From the human T2T-CHM13v2.0 reference genome, Homo sapiens, in the NCBI RefSeq assembly GCF_009914755.1, contig NC_060925.1: DNA of 64,000 nucleotides; one strand, written 5' to 3'. Each line of letters begins with the position of its first letter. Within the stretch, counting starts at the first letter, position 1. The notes under the pieces are model-generated. The model saw only the letters and a program-made list of their open reading frames with translations, was not told the origin of the DNA and did no database searches. Of the stretch, positions 1 to 23,695 are shown one piece after another. The position numbers and the translations under genes were made by a program.

Positions 1-669
1 AAATGAGGGAGTGTATAATTTGCACTTCAGGATCAACAGATCATTGAAAGATCTTTACATAGGCGAAGCAAGAACAAAGCTAATTTATAGGTTCCTTTTA
101 TTGTGTTACCATTGCCAAGCCTAAGGAATATTTCTAAAGGTATTGAGAAGTTTCTTGGATCCATTTTATTGCATTTCATTTATTAAACTATTGCCTAAAT
201 ATGTTTTCTGTAAAGAAAATTTAATGTTGCTTTTCTTCTAGTGATTGAAATTAGGCTTTTCATTATCCCAATTCATTAATAAATGGGAAAATAATTTTTT
301 TCTCAGCCTCATGAACGACTCAAATATTGCTCTCTTTCTTTTTCTCTAGTCCATCTCAAAATACTCAGGAGATATACACGTACTGCAAATTATATAAAAT
401 AATTTGTGCTCAGATATTCTTCCAATGCTTTTCACCCCAAAATGCATTTTTTGTGGAATTACATAGTCCCAGTATGAATTTTGAGAAAAAGGTTTGATTG
501 TTTTGCCTTTGTGAAAGAGAAACTGTGGCTATAGGGAGTTAGGCATCTTTAAAGAAGTTGCCAAACGTACATTAGCATCTTTCATGGGAATTTCATTCAG
601 GGGAGGAAAATAGAGAAAGAGAAAAAATAGTTGGAAAAAAAGAAAAAAAAAAAAAGAAAAAAAGAAAAA

Positions 670-1512
670 GGAAATGAACACAGAAAATCTGAGACAAACA
701 GATAAAATAAGATGGTAGACATCCCAAAATATCAGTAATCAACAATGGACTAGTTCCTCTAGTGAAAAGACAGTGAGTGTCAAACTGTGTTTATTTACAT
801 ACAGGCACACACATGCATTATACACACATGTATTCTTTTTATGAGGCATATCTAAAACATAAGGATACAGAAAGGTTAGAAGTAAAGGCTGAAAATTGAT
901 CTCCATGCAATACATAATCAAAAGAAAGCTACACCAGCTATATTAATGCCAGACAAAATAGACTTTAAGACAAAGGGCATTCCTTTATCTGGAAGACGAA
1001 GAGGGTCACTACCTAATGATTAAAAGTTCCATTCACCAGGAAGAGAAAAAAATCATAAGCTTGTATGCACATGATAACTTAGCCTTAAAAGGTAGGAAGC
1101 GAAAGTGACCAAATGTACGAAAAAATAACACATCCACCTAATAGTGGGAGAATCTAATAGATCTTTCCTGATAATAGTTGAAACAGACCCCCAAAAAATC
1201 AGGATATAGAACTTGTAAAGCACAGGAGCTGGATATACTGAACATGTTTATAATACTGTACCAAACAGCTGCGCAAACACACTCTTTGTAAGCACATGTA
1301 GATTTATGAAATTTGATGACACTGAACCAAAAGCAAGCCTCAAACTGTCAAAGGATTACTATCACTGTGGATAGCCTACTCCAATCAGAGGGAAAATGAG
1401 TTAGACATTAAAAAGATAAAAAACTCCCATCTATTTGCAATTTGAGAAACATACATCTAAATAATTCATGAGACAGGGAGAGATCATAAGGGAAATTAGA
1501 GAGTATTTAGAA
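670..1512 (+). mobile_element. Old L1 (L1M-type) ORF2 endonuclease-region fragment
   Basis: A-rich decayed sequence resembling the L1 ORF2 5' region (cagacaaaatagactttaagacaaa, atagtgggaga, agggaaattagagagtattt). Confidence 0.7.
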
Positions 1513-1514
1513 TC

Positions 1515-2257
<743 letters not shown>

Positions 2258-2280
2258 TAATAAAACATATCAAAACTGTT

Positions 2281-3489
<1,209 letters not shown>

Positions 3490-3605
3490 TTAACTTATAA
3501 TGAGTTCTTAATTAGGTTTCATGATTTAAATTTCCCCTTCTGTTAAAGGTTTTTCTTTTTTTTTTTTCCTCCCCTTCCCTTTGCCTTGCTGCTCCTTAAT
3601 TGTAG

Positions 3606-3809
<204 letters not shown>

Positions 3810-4564
3810 TAAACTTGTTTTTCTCCATCCAAAAATATTTTTATTTCACCGTTTTCTATATTATTATAGCAGAGGTGTGTAGAGTGAACCATCTCAATCA
3901 GCAAATAATACAAAAATATTTTCCCTTTATTTTATAGATACATAATTTCGTGTATTTATTAAGCACATTTACCTCCTAAGTTGTTTTGCTGAGACTAGTA
4001 GTTGAAGGAGTTGATTTTTCTGGCAGCTTTGCTCAACTGGGACTCTGCGTGGGTTACGCCCTGACACCCTAGTGTTCGGAAACTAACTTCTCTCCTGTGC
4101 ATCTAGAATGGTATACATGAAATAAGACATGAAATCCTTGGGAAAACTGAGAAAATGGTCTCTTAAATCATTTCCATAATTCATATGAGGAACCAGGGAG
4201 GTCACGGAACTGTACAAAAGGGCTGTCTTCGACTTTGAAATTGCAGAGGACCCTGTAGGGTACCAAAAATTGGCTACGCTTAGTATATTCTAATCCTGCA
4301 TTGGTGTGACTCTCTGAGAAACCAATTTCTTCTGAGAAGAGTGGGCAAAATCAGGAGATTACTCGTGTATTAAATGCACTGTTTTATTTTCAAAACATTT
4401 TTTTCAGTCTCCCTTACAAATTAAAAAAAAAAGGTTTGTTTTCTTGCCTTCCACGTAAAAACCTAAATGAAAGAGATGTCTTGACGTTTCTTGGTAGAGT
4501 CTCTTGAGATGGAGTACAAATAAGTCCATATAACCTAATGTCTTCTAAGATTGGAATTTAGTAG

Positions 4565-5731
<1,167 letters not shown>

Positions 5732-5905
5732 TAGAGCAGAGGATAAAGTCAAACACACCTGGGTTCAGATTCCAGCTGTGGCATCTGCTTGCTCTGTGAT
5801 CTTGAACAAGTTACTTAGCCTCCATTTTCTGAGCTTCTGCTTTTCCATCTATAAAGCAGGGAGAATCATATGCACCATTCAGTGTGGTTATAAGTACTAA
5901 ATGAG

Positions 5906-6237
<332 letters not shown>

Positions 6238-6708
6238 TCAGTAAATGTAACTAATTTTTACTACTACAGATTTTGCTAGTACTTGATAGGCAGTTAGTGA
6301 ATATGAGGTGCCTTCTCTCCCCAGCCCCACCAAGTATCAGACAAACAACAACTACTTTGAATATATTACAAGGAATTGGTGGTGATATCATCTCACTCCT
6401 TCAATATTTTTGTCATTTCTTTTTCATTTCCTTTTTCCTTCTCTTTACTTTCTCTACCTCTCTTCCTTTTAAAATCATATAAGAAACCGATGTGATGCTG
6501 GTTCAGACAGTTGTCCACCCAAGACAGAGTTATGTCTCTTGTAGGGGAATAAAAGAGGCATTTTGAGGAAGAAGTGATTCAGTGCTGTTTTTAGACGTTA
6601 GAGCTGTGTCTTAGATATCCAAGTTCCTATAATCAAGGGAGTGCCTATGCTGCCTGGATCCTTACAAGTATCTCCCAAACTGAAACCATTATGATGTCAG
6701 AGTCACTT

Positions 6709-7205
<497 letters not shown>

Positions 7206-7359
7206 TTAAACAGATTAACTCATATTATTCATAAAACAATAATTAGCATTTGCATTTTAACTCCCAAGACTTCAGTACTGAAACAACATTTTATACAAGC
7301 CTTAAAGTATCAAATCTTTAACACCAAAACAAGATAAAATACTCTAACATAGTATTTAA

Positions 7360-7665
<306 letters not shown>

Positions 7666-9379
7666 GGCCCTTGGTTGTGGTGCGAGGCGGCTGCCCTGGT
7701 GGGCTCTGGCCATGGCGCTCTGTGCCTGCGGCCGATGCGTTGCTGCGAACAGCATAGGTGAGACTCTGCCGAGTGAGGTATAGGTCTTCTCACCACGCCT
7801 GTACTGCAGACACGGTCGTGTAGAGTAGCAGCTGATTTGACCTGTCCCAGATTTTAAGTGATATTCCAAAAGGGACTTTACATTAAAGGAGAAGCCCCCA
7901 AGATGTGGCCACCCTTAACCATTTTTAAATAGTAACAAATTAGGAAAACAGCTCCCCTCCCCTCCAGCCATGTAAGTCCTCCTGATTCTGTATCACATGA
8001 GACACCAAAAACTGGAAATGTAGTCACACCCAGTACAGTACCATTTTTATGAATTTAAAAATAGTCTTATAATTTTAATTGTTTGTGGGTATTTTTCTAC
8101 TGGTATAAATAGCTTCTAATTAATAAATCGATCAAAGGTTGTTACTCAGTATACATGAAATTTTTTGCAGGAAAAGAAACCAGAAATACAGAATAATTCA
8201 TAGAAATCATGGTTCTCAAGTATTTGTTCAATTAGCTTTGGGGAAGAAATGCCAAATCCACTTTGAGGATGAGTCTTACGACACAGATCCACCCACATGT
8301 TGCTCTTATCTGGAATTTGGGACAAAGCAATGCACAGGCCCTCATTCCTGATGTGGCGCCCTCCAGACATGGCTGCCCAGGAAGGACGGCCACTTTAGAA
8401 GTGGGACGTATCACCAGTAAGCTTGAATGATTAGGATCGCAGGTGGCTACTGCATTCTGCCGTTCGTGACCGTGTTCTAGCCTGTAGACCACCCAGCTAC
8501 CTTCATTCACCAGTTTTTATCCTTCACCTTTTCCAGTATCTTGTTAACCACTAGTTCTTGAGTTTTTTGGCTATGATGTGTACGTTTATGTATGTCATTC
8601 ATGGACTTTCAACTAGAAAAGGTAATGATAAGGTTTTCTGAAGACCATTTGTAAATTGTCCATTTAACCATTTTTCAGCTTGCTTTGAAACAAAAGTCAC
8701 ACCTACTATTTTTCTATGAATTAGGGAATGAGGGGGAGATCATTCAGTTTTACTTTTCTTTTTGTTGAAATTTTGTACCCGGATTGCAGTTGGCACTTTT
8801 CCTAAAACAGAATTGTTTCCCACTTAGGTGTCAGAATGTACCTTTGAACTTCCCTAAGAAGCAGCAGGATCTTTTTAACTCTCTCTGGTCTGTTTAGACT
8901 TTGAAGTCCCTTCTGTAGAAAAGTCTCATAACTGAGAAGGCTCTGTTTTGGGCCGGGTGGGTCTGCTGGCCTCCACTCACTGTGCTGTTTCCTTTGAGTG
9001 GCACACTTGGGAAGCTCCGGGGCATGTGAAGGAGCTGCAAACATGAGAACTAATGAACCAAGGCGGCTGCCACCAGGAAGGAACAGAACGCAGGCATTCA
9101 ACCATGACGTCTGCACAGTGTTAGTAACATGTCATTGTGGTTTCGTTCTCACTGTGGTAAAATTTATTTCTGAGCACTTAAACTGTGTTGCATACCCCTA
9201 ATTTTTTTTTTTTCTGTATCTTCCTTGCCCTCAAATACCCTGAGGTGATAAACTGTTCCAGTTGTAGCCAACTACCACTGCTAGGCCTCAATGTAAATTC
9301 AGTTGAAATTTGCAATTCTATCAGCAATTTAATGTATTGAATTCAGATCATCATTTGTCATTTTAACCGACAACCACCC

Positions 9380-9385
9380 AATAAA
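9380..9385 (+). terminator. Proximal poly(A) signal AATAAA of RCAN3 (candidate)
   Basis: Canonical hexamer with upstream TGTA motifs and a downstream TGTG/T-rich run at ~9412-9427. Confidence 0.6.
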
Positions 9386-10003
9386 TTTACTCTGCAGTTC
9401 TGAACTCAGCATTGTGCCCATTTTTTACTGCAAGATGGACCCTGTATGCCAGGAGACATGTATTATCAACAATTGGGAATTTTTTGAATTTCCTTTTAGG
9501 TAATATTGATTCACTGTAATTTTCTAAGTGATCAAAACCCATGAGATTTTGTTATTTGGCTTGGCTTTCATTCTCTGCCTGCCCATTAAAGAATATTCTA
9601 TTCCTAACACATAAAACATTTTACAGTCAAGCAGTGCAAATTACAGTGCTTTTCTATTTTTTTTTTGAGAGCCTTGAATAAATTGAAGAAAACTTTAAAC
9701 CAAAATTAGAGACGAGTCATTTAAGCTTTTCTGAATGGAAAGTATTAATATTTTCATTTTTCTAGTATAATATAATAAAATGAATTTTTTTAAAAAAGCT
9801 ACTAAGTACCCATCAACTTTTTCATATTGTGAAATGAACCAGGATCTTAACAGATACTATCATCGCTGTCCTTTTTTGGCTGTTTAATATCTAGTTCATG
9901 TAACAAATTTACAAGAGATAAGTCTCATGGTTTTTTTTTTCTTTTAATAGGCTTTTCTGCAATTTTTTTGAAATTGAGTTATTACTTGGATTTAACCCTG
10001 ATA

Positions 10004-10296
10004 GGCCAGGTGTGGTGGCTCACACCATAATCCCAGCACTTTGGGAGGCCAAGGTGGGTGGATCCACCTGAGGTCAGGAGTTCAAGACCAGCCTGACCAA
10101 CATGGTGAAATCCTGTCTCTACTTAAAAAATACAAAATTAGCCTGGCATGGTGGCACATGCCTGTAATCCCAGCTACTTGGGAGGCTGAGGCAGGAGAAT
10201 TTCCTGAACCGGGAGACGGAGGTTGCGGTGAGCCGAGATCACGCCATCGCACTCCAGCCTCGGCAACAAGAGCGAAACTCCGTCTCAAAAAAAAAA
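10004..10296 (+). mobile_element. AluS (Sp/Sq-like) in the RCAN3 3' UTR
   Basis: TSD gatttaaccctgat at 9989-10002 and 10297-10310. Confidence 0.95.
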
Positions 10297-10765
10297 GATT
10301 TAACCCTGATTGATAGTATAGTAGCCATGTTTTCTTTAGAAATCATAACCTCTTCATGGGAATCAAACTATGTTGAAAATTGTGAGGAAAGATAATGGTG
10401 CTTTGTGTTGGGAAAAAAACATTTGTGAAGGATTAGAAAACCGTAACACTTAACAAGGATAGTCACAGAACCGACGCTGCATTGGCTCTTAGGTTCTAGA
10501 TTTTTGTAGCACACTCACCTGATGAAACCAAAGACAAATCCATGTAAAAAGTGTTCCAGTGAGCATCTCTGAGGTTTAAGGTACTAAGAGGCAGAAGTGG
10601 ATAGCAACAGTTCCATTGCCTTCGAGAACTAAAACTCAGCTGGAAAGCAAATTAGTCTTTTCACATTCTGCTTCTTCAAAATGTTGTACTCAAAAACATA
10701 CCAGTAATTAAGAGCCAAAGCAAAGCTTCAAGGAACTTTTAAGTTCAACATAAAGGTTTAAATAA

Positions 10766-11101
<336 letters not shown>

Positions 11102-11203
11102 TTAAATAAAATATTGTAGTCATTAATGGTGTGTTTGAATTGAAGAGATACCAGGAGATAGAGGTGAAGTGCAGTACTTTTATTCTTTAAGAATATAGTC
11201 TTT

Positions 11204-11331
11204 AGCCAGGTGCAGTGGTGTGTGCCTGTAGTCTCAGCTATTTGAGAGGCTGAGGTGAGAGGATCACTTGAGTTCAGGAGTTCAAGACCAGCCTGGGCAA
11301 CATAGCAAGTCCCTGGCTCAAAAAAAAAAAA
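11204..11331 (+). mobile_element. Alu monomer (FLAM-like)
   Basis: Single arm with A-tail. Confidence 0.8.
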
Positions 11332-13399
11332 GTTTCCCATTCATATTAACTCCATCTTTTAAAAATGTCATGATTACAAAGTGAAAAGATTTGGCTTTCT
11401 TAGAGGCTCAATCACAGAGGTGAAAGTGACCTTGGAAATCATATACTCTATCCCCATGTTACACAGATTAGAAAAACTGAGGTTATGGCACTGACTTAGG
11501 CACCCCCAGCAAGGCAACCCAGGGACTACAACTGGCAATCCCAACTCCTGGGCTAGGGCTTTTTCTACCTTTTTTTGCATTGGCCTCTTAAAGAGGCAAT
11601 GAATACTAATTCCTGGCATCAGAAAAAAAAAAAGGCATGAGGTGGGAGGATTCTTTTTTCCCTGATGGGAAACAGTGAATAAGAAAAATCTCATCATTCG
11701 ATGGAAGAGGTGACTTAATAATTTTATTAATGAATTTGATGTCCCATGTTTTGTAGTTTTGTTATCATTGAACCATTGGGGCTGGAATCTGCCTAAATAA
11801 TTTTATCTTGGTAGCCAGCAATTATGTTGGTATTTTATGTGGGCCTTCCCAGATTTTCATATTAATGAAATGACTAATAGTCGTACTTAAGAGGTAACTC
11901 TACTAAAGCAGAATGAGATCTAATATGTTGTGGAAATAAAAGAGTTTGCAGTGGAATGATACTCTCACTCCGTGCTTGTAAAATTGAGTTCTATTCAAGA
12001 CGGAACTGCTATGACTGGCCTATTCAAGGCTTCATATTTTTATACAGACTATTTCACAGACCATAGATTTATTTTAAAAGGGAAAATCTCACACATAATT
12101 AAGCAGTGGAAAATGTGCTCAATGCTATGGTGCGTCAGGCCCTCTGTCTACCAGGTTTCTCCCCTTTCTGCAGAGCTGTGGACCCTGTACGTACCAAACA
12201 GGTGAACTTGGTCCATCTTTCCTTCTTCCTTTTTTTGCACATTTGCATTTATATCTTCCTGTACTAAAAGAAACAAATTATTTATAATTGGGGTGACAAT
12301 ATAAAGGAACAAAAGATGGGGCAATAGTTGCTTCCTAGCTGGAGCTGTAAGTCCATGTTACAGAAACTCACTATTTAAAAAGTTTTAAAAGATTTATGAA
12401 CCTTGTCCTACAATTCGCTGAATACTTATTTGTCTTTTAAACTCCCCTCGGTGTATGGATCATCTTCGTCAGAATGCCGTTGTTTCATTGTGAATCAGGG
12501 GAAAATGTTAATCATTTGGAGACTGTTTTCTTATTACCAAATGTACAATCCATAAGACAACTGAAAGCAACAACTGCTGGGTTCACTGACAAAGATTATA
12601 AAAATCATCACGTTCAAAGTAGAGTTTTTAGCCAAGGTCAAGAACTAACCTGGGGCTGAGTCAGCGTCTCTACCCACTTAAATAACAGCGTAAAGATCTT
12701 TCACTAAATTCGTTATGTGGTCTGTCTGGATGTAAACCTATATATTTCCTTTTGAAACAGAATCATATCCTGCAGACTCTTGGCACTCCTGCATAGCTTT
12801 GACCGAATGTTCACTCTCATCGTAATGGAAGATTTCTATCTATGCAGATAATACATGTTTTTAAATACTGTTTTCTGTTTAGTCCTCAATCTTCCTAACT
12901 CAAATTGGGGACTGAGGAGAGAGAAAGGTGGTTACCCCTGTTACCGTGCCATATTCTTCTTGCTGCTTTTCAACCCCACGTGATTGTTGATTGACGGTTC
13001 TGCTATAATGTGCGTGCCCTTCAAGTTTCAGAAAACTTTCCCAATCATTTCACTTCAATCTTAATTGAACCCAAGAGTCAAAGTTATTATTTTCTCCGAA
13101 CGTGTTTGTGATCTTCTGTTATATTTTGGGGCATGTTACCTTTATGGTATATAAGCTGTAGTGCATACTCTTTGTATTGCAAAAAACTGGTCAGTAATTT
13201 ATGTACATGTATTCCACATTTTAGTGTGCTTGAAGTGACAATCCATAGTTTGTAGTAGTTTGTTATTTGTCAACTTTACCCTGTGTTTTAAGGACATCTA
13301 AACATTCCTTGTCCTATCAAGATGACAAAAGCAGAATGTAATTTTTTTTTGGAAGCTTCGTGATTACCTGTAACAAGTTCTGTTTTTAAAACGAATACA

Positions 13400-13405
13400 A
13401 ATAAA
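13400..13405 (+). terminator. Distal poly(A) signal AATAAA of RCAN3
   Basis: Canonical hexamer, several upstream TGTA elements and a strong downstream gagttgagtttttttgtgtgtag element. Confidence 0.72.
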
Positions 13406-14189
13406 GTTAGTAACTATTTTTAAATCAGTCCATTGAGTTGAGTTTTTTTGTGTGTAGTATTTTCAATACGCATCACTTACATTTAGCTAATAAGACAGAG
13501 AAGTGCAATATTGTGTTTGTTCCTTTCACAAGAGTCCTGTTGAACATTAATGCCGTGCAGTGCCAGAGTTCAAGGTGGTGAGTCACTGCTCACTCTGTAA
13601 ATAACCACTGCACTTTCAGCTCTTCCCCAAGAAACCTTTTACCCTGGTTTCCCCTTTGGTTAAAAATGATTTATTCCGGGTAAAGACTTACTTTTTGTCT
13701 CGGTTAAAAAAAAAAAATCTCCAAAATGTGGAACTATAAATGACAGTAGAGGTTATCTAGTGCAGTGGGATTTCGAATACTTATTTTTAAGCCATAGGAC
13801 TCTGCTCTTTGTTCAAATGAAATCTTACACAAAGCCAATGTAAAACTATTACAAAAAGGAAAGGTAAACAAAGCTGCTCCTTTTCAAGGGGCTGGGGGAA
13901 GAATGGGGACCTGAGTTCAACCCCTGTGAGAGCTCAGCAGAACAGACCCAGACACACCCCTCTATTGCCCCTGCCTCCCTCCACTTCCTCCTCCATCCCA
14001 ACCCCACCCCCAACACACCTTTACAAGAAAGTGGCCCCAGAGGCATTGCCAAATGCACACATCTGGATGGTCATGGACCTGGGACTAGAACCCATTTCTT
14101 GACATTCTTTCTACCACACTCCACTACTTTGTTACACCAAAATCTAATTTTTCTGGATAAATGTATCTGGATAAAAAGGTTCTTGATAT

Positions 14190-15099
<910 letters not shown>

Positions 15100-15642
15100 T
15101 AAACGCATACAATGTATGTATCAGATGTATCAGAGTCCTATTATCACTGAGAAGTATGTTTAAAGGGCAGGAGTGAGCCACCACTATGTTCCTGCCCTCA
15201 ATGAACACATTAAAATGTTCTAATCTAGAAGAAGAAAAGATTAAAATTCTTGCACACACAGGAAAGATCTCATCTTGCCAAGCTTCCCCGGGTCTTCTGA
15301 GACATAGAAAGTATAAATGTAAGCAATTTGTAGATTAGATATTTCAGTAAGGTATTTCAAAGTAAGTTACTTGGGAAAAGTTTGTGGTCCGAAATGTTTG
15401 GAAAAGTTAAATGCTGAAAATTAAAAGTTAAAGACCTAAATCTAGAATGTAAAATTACTAATAGAACAAATTGTGGGAGAATATCATTGTGACCTAGAGG
15501 CAGGGAGAGACTTCATAAAACTTTAAAAGCATAAGCTATAAGGTAAGAATTCTAATTGGTTACATCAAAATCAATGATTCATGTTCAATGAAGAATGCCA
15601 TGAAAATGTTCACACAATAGGGAGAAATATTTGCAGTCCTGA

Positions 15643-16848
<1,206 letters not shown>

Positions 16849-16849
16849 C

Positions 16850-17560
16850 TAACACAGGGGAAATAACTATAAAATGCAAAGAGATTCTGCAAATTGACAA
16901 GGAAAAGCAGCCCAATAGAAAAATAGGCTACAGGATATGAAAAGTAATTGACAGAAAAGGAAAACAATGAGCCTATGAAGAAATACTAAAACCTAGTAAT
17001 CAGATAAAGTGCAAATTAAAATGACAAGATGCCATTTATACCTATTGGATTCTCAAAAATGTAAAAGCAATTAATGCCAAGTATAGCCAGAGGGAGGGCA
17101 TATAGGAAATCTGATATAAAACTGGTGGAAGTATAGACTAGTTTAGTCATTCTGAAGAACAAACTGGCAGTCCTTGGTCATCTAAGTAAGAACAAAACCT
17201 CTGACTCTGCAGTTCTGCTCCTGGAGATAGATGAGACAGAGAGAGAGATGTCCCAAGAATATCCCAAAGGGATTCTCACACAGGGCCATAAAGAGCTATG
17301 TTGAGGATGTTCATTGCACCATTATTTATGGAGACAAACTGGTATTTGCAACTGGAAAATGAACACTATGGAGAACCATGCAGCAAGAGTAGCCATATAC
17401 ACAGCCACATGGATATATCTTGAAAACAGCTGAGTGCCAAAAGGAGGAAGATGTATCTAACATTTGCATTATGTGAAGTACTGCACAAAGACAGTAATGC
17501 ACTTTGCAAGAATACATATAAATAAAAAGATACACATTAAACATATATCTCCAAACATAA
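16850..17560 (+). mobile_element. Old L1 (L1ME-like) ORF2 3' fragment, continuous with ~15400-15640
   Basis: Decayed L1 motifs (aagtgcaaattaaaatgacaagatgccattt, ggatgttcattgcaccattattt). Confidence 0.65.
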
Positions 17561-18431
17561 GAGGCATCTTGCACAGATCAAGGATAATGTGCAAGATAAT
17601 TGCACACTGATCAAGGATAATTGCAGGATAATTGATTAAGGATAATAAGTCTGATTTACTATGAGACTTTATATCACCTTTTGATAGACTTTAAAGGGTT
17701 AACAGATTCTTTTTTACTTTACTACATTATGTAGATGAAAATTCTTTATTAAATGTACTCCCATATGGATGGAAAAAAATATACTGTATCATTCATTCTT
17801 CTCTGAGCTACAAATGAAGAGCGTTGCATGTGGTTTGACTCTAGATTCACCATTTCCTTTTGGTTCAAAGAAGTAATCAGGTTAATTCGCGGCCTGGTGC
17901 TATCTTTCTTAAATATCTTTTGAATAATTGAGATCTTTGATGGGAAATTATACAGTATTCTGTCCTGAGAGATTTGACCAGGCTCCTTCCCCCAAAGGAG
18001 GAAATTAAACCAAAAATGATTTCTCAGAAATTGCCTGAGTAAGCCCTGTGAATGAAAGGTCTTTTATGGACTAAATGGACTAGCCTCCTCTGACTTATTT
18101 CCTTGATAACTTCAGTTACTTGGCAGGCTATTTATTCTATCCCATTAGATATTTCTAACAACTGTTGGAAAGTCTAGAATGGAGATTTGTCTCCTTTGCA
18201 AATGAGAAGCAGCCCTTGGGCATCCTGCTAATCCTAGATACTGTATACTAATGACTTCTATTGTGAAAGGGCACAGAGCTACCCTCCTGCTTAGTTCCTG
18301 TCTCTAGATGTGTCCAATTATATGAATTGAACACTTTAAGGTGTGTTTTCCCGGAGAGAAGTTAACTAGTTGTTCATGCTAGAGAAAAAGGAGACAGTTA
18401 AACTGCAGGTTTAATAAAAATCCATTAAGGG

Positions 18432-20015
<1,584 letters not shown>

Positions 20016-20902
20016 TAGTAGGAGAAAAAGGGGGCTAAAGTAGAGAGGAAAATGTATAGCTCTAAATGCTTCTGTTAAGAGCTTAGAAGGGCATAGGGTA
20101 AGGACTCTTTCTTCATCTCTCAGCTGTCTTTGTCTCTACCTCTCTTTGTGTGTCCACCAAATTCCTTCTTACTGCAAAAAGGATGTCCGCTCGCAGCAGA
20201 GAACATGGTAACCAACAACTCAGGTGGAAGGAGAGCTTCTTTCTATGATTCCATATTGCAGTGGGATTCTCATTGGCCAGATTGGGTTGCCTGCCCATCC
20301 CTGAGGCCAGATGGGCAAGGCTTTTACCCAAGAAAGGGAAATGAAAGCAGGGCAAACAAAAATAAAATAGCTATCACAGTGAACTTCAATCACAGTAAAC
20401 TTCAATATCTCAAGAAACTTTATAAAGACCAAAAGGGGAGAGTATTTTATTCATTGGTGAATTAGTCCGAGTTTAGAGACCTAATAAGTAAGCACTGATT
20501 TTTATCTGGTCTTCATTTTTTTCACCACTCAATTCTGACTCCAGGCAAGATACGAGAAGTAGATTTTAAGCATGTTTGATAAATGTACCCAAAGTAAGTT
20601 CTGGTATAGAGAGTTTCAGACAGAGAGTTTTTATGATATTTACCACAGAGCTTCCTTATGATCTTGATGTTGAATGTGAAACAACACAATTATCCCAGTC
20701 TTCCACGTCATAAGAAGAGACATATCATACATGCCAGTATACATAAAGAACAGTATTTTATCATTACTCTAAATTTTTAATAGGGTTAGCCACTTATATT
20801 TTGGTTTTGTGCCATTTCCCTATTTAAGCACCTAAAGATCCAAGAAAGGAAATAATTTCATAACATGTTTTTATTTAGATTTTCTGACTTTATAAATAAA
20901 CG

Positions 20903-21990
<1,088 letters not shown>

Positions 21991-22217
21991 ATGTGATCAG
22001 AGATTTTTAATTGCCAGAGATGGCCCATTGGCTCCTTTTGGCTTTTTGCTTTCTTTCTTTTTATTTATCTTAAACCAGCCTCAAAGCCCCCACTGTTCTC
22101 CTGAAAGGAACTGAGGTGAGGAATCTACCTCCTAAGGCAAATGACCAGAGCAGAGGACAGGATAGACTGGGTTTCCATCACGTTGACATATTATTATCTT
22201 TCATAACTGGGATCCTT

Positions 22218-22498
22218 TTGGATCATTAACAGTAGCCATGAGGTAGAAGGTGGGACTAGACTCTGGAGGGGGACTTGGATGCTGAATCAAACTGAGGAGT
22301 AGTTAAAATAAGGACAGGGCAGAAGCAGCTTTCCATGAGATGCACCCACCAGTGTTCCATGTCAGCTAACCCAACATCCAGGAGTTACCTCCCCTTTCCA
22401 TGGCAATGACCCAAAAACCCAGAAGTTACTACTCTTTTCCTAGAAATTTCTTCATAAACCATCCCTTAATCTGTATGCAATTAAAAGTAAGTATAAAT
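22218..22498 (+). mobile_element. ERV1-type LTR 5' fragment (MER41/MER4-group-like)
   Basis: tgaggtagaaggtgggactagactctggagg...ttttcctagaaatttc resembles MER4-group LTRs; truncated. Confidence 0.5.
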
Positions 22499-22959
22499 GG
22501 CCAGGCGCAGTGGCTCACGCCTCTAATCCCAGCACTTTGGGTGCCAGCCCTTGAGCAAGTCATTCCCTCTCTATGATCTTGGGCTCCTCAGTGGCTCCCA
22601 ACCCTGGTCACACATTAGCATCACCTGGGCACCTCATAAAAACCCATGACTGGTCTGGCCTCACTGCAGAGCCTCTAGCTCTATGGCTGTAAAGTGCAAC
22701 CTTAGCAGAGTTTTCCAAAGTCCCCAAGGGATTCTGAGGGACCACCAGGACTGAGACACCCAGGGCTGGGGGATGTCCGAGTTCACCCAAACTTGGTTTC
22801 TCACTCCCTGGATTACCCCATTTCCTGGGCCTTTAGAATTACTGTAAATGCTTTCATTTAACACAATGTCCATCTATAATACTATAATTAATCTTGATAT
22901 TTGCACAAGGGTGTATGCAAATATCAAGAGTAATTACTCTTTGTGCGTGTGCATGTGCG

Positions 22960-23695
22960 TGTTGTTGTTGTTGTTTTTGAGACAGAGTCTCGCTCTGTCG
23001 CCCATGCTGGAGTGCAGTGTTGTAATCTCCGCTCACTGCAGCCTCCACCTCCCAAGTTCAAGCGATTCTCCTGCCTCAGCCTCCTGAGTAGCTGGGATGA
23101 CAGGCACCCGCCACCATGCCTGTCTAATTTTTGTATTTTTAGTAGAGACGGGGTTTCACTATGTTGCCTAGGCTGATCTCAGACTCCTGGGTTCAAGTGA
23201 TCCGCCAGCCTCGACCTCCCTAAGTGCTGGGATTACAGGCGTGAGCCATCATGCCTGGCCTACTCTTTGAAAGTAAGGTTATAAACTCATTCATGCTCCA
23301 CGCCTTTTGGGGTAGGCAGATATCACTATCCCAGCTTCCCTTTATTTTTCTCCAAAGCACTTATTACTTTCCAACATGCCATATCATTGGCTTGTTTATT
23401 TATTTATTTGAGACAGGGTCTCACTCTGTCACGCAGGCTGGAGGGCAGTGGCACAATCACAGGTCACTGCAGCCTCAAACTCCCAGGCTCAAGTGATCCT
23501 CCCACCTCAGCCTCCTGAGTAGCCAGGACTACAGGCGTGTGTCACTACGTCAGTCTAATTTTTGTATGTTTTGTAGAGGCAGGGTCTCTCCATGTTGCCC
23601 AGTCTGGTCTTGAACTCCTGGACTTGAGTGACCCACCCTCCTCAGCCTCCCGAAGTGCTAGGATTACAGGTATGAGCCACGGCACCCAGCCTGGC
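22960..23695 (-). mobile_element. Two - strand Alus (~22960-23260; ~23395-23695)
   Basis: Alu consensus motifs. Confidence 0.88.
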
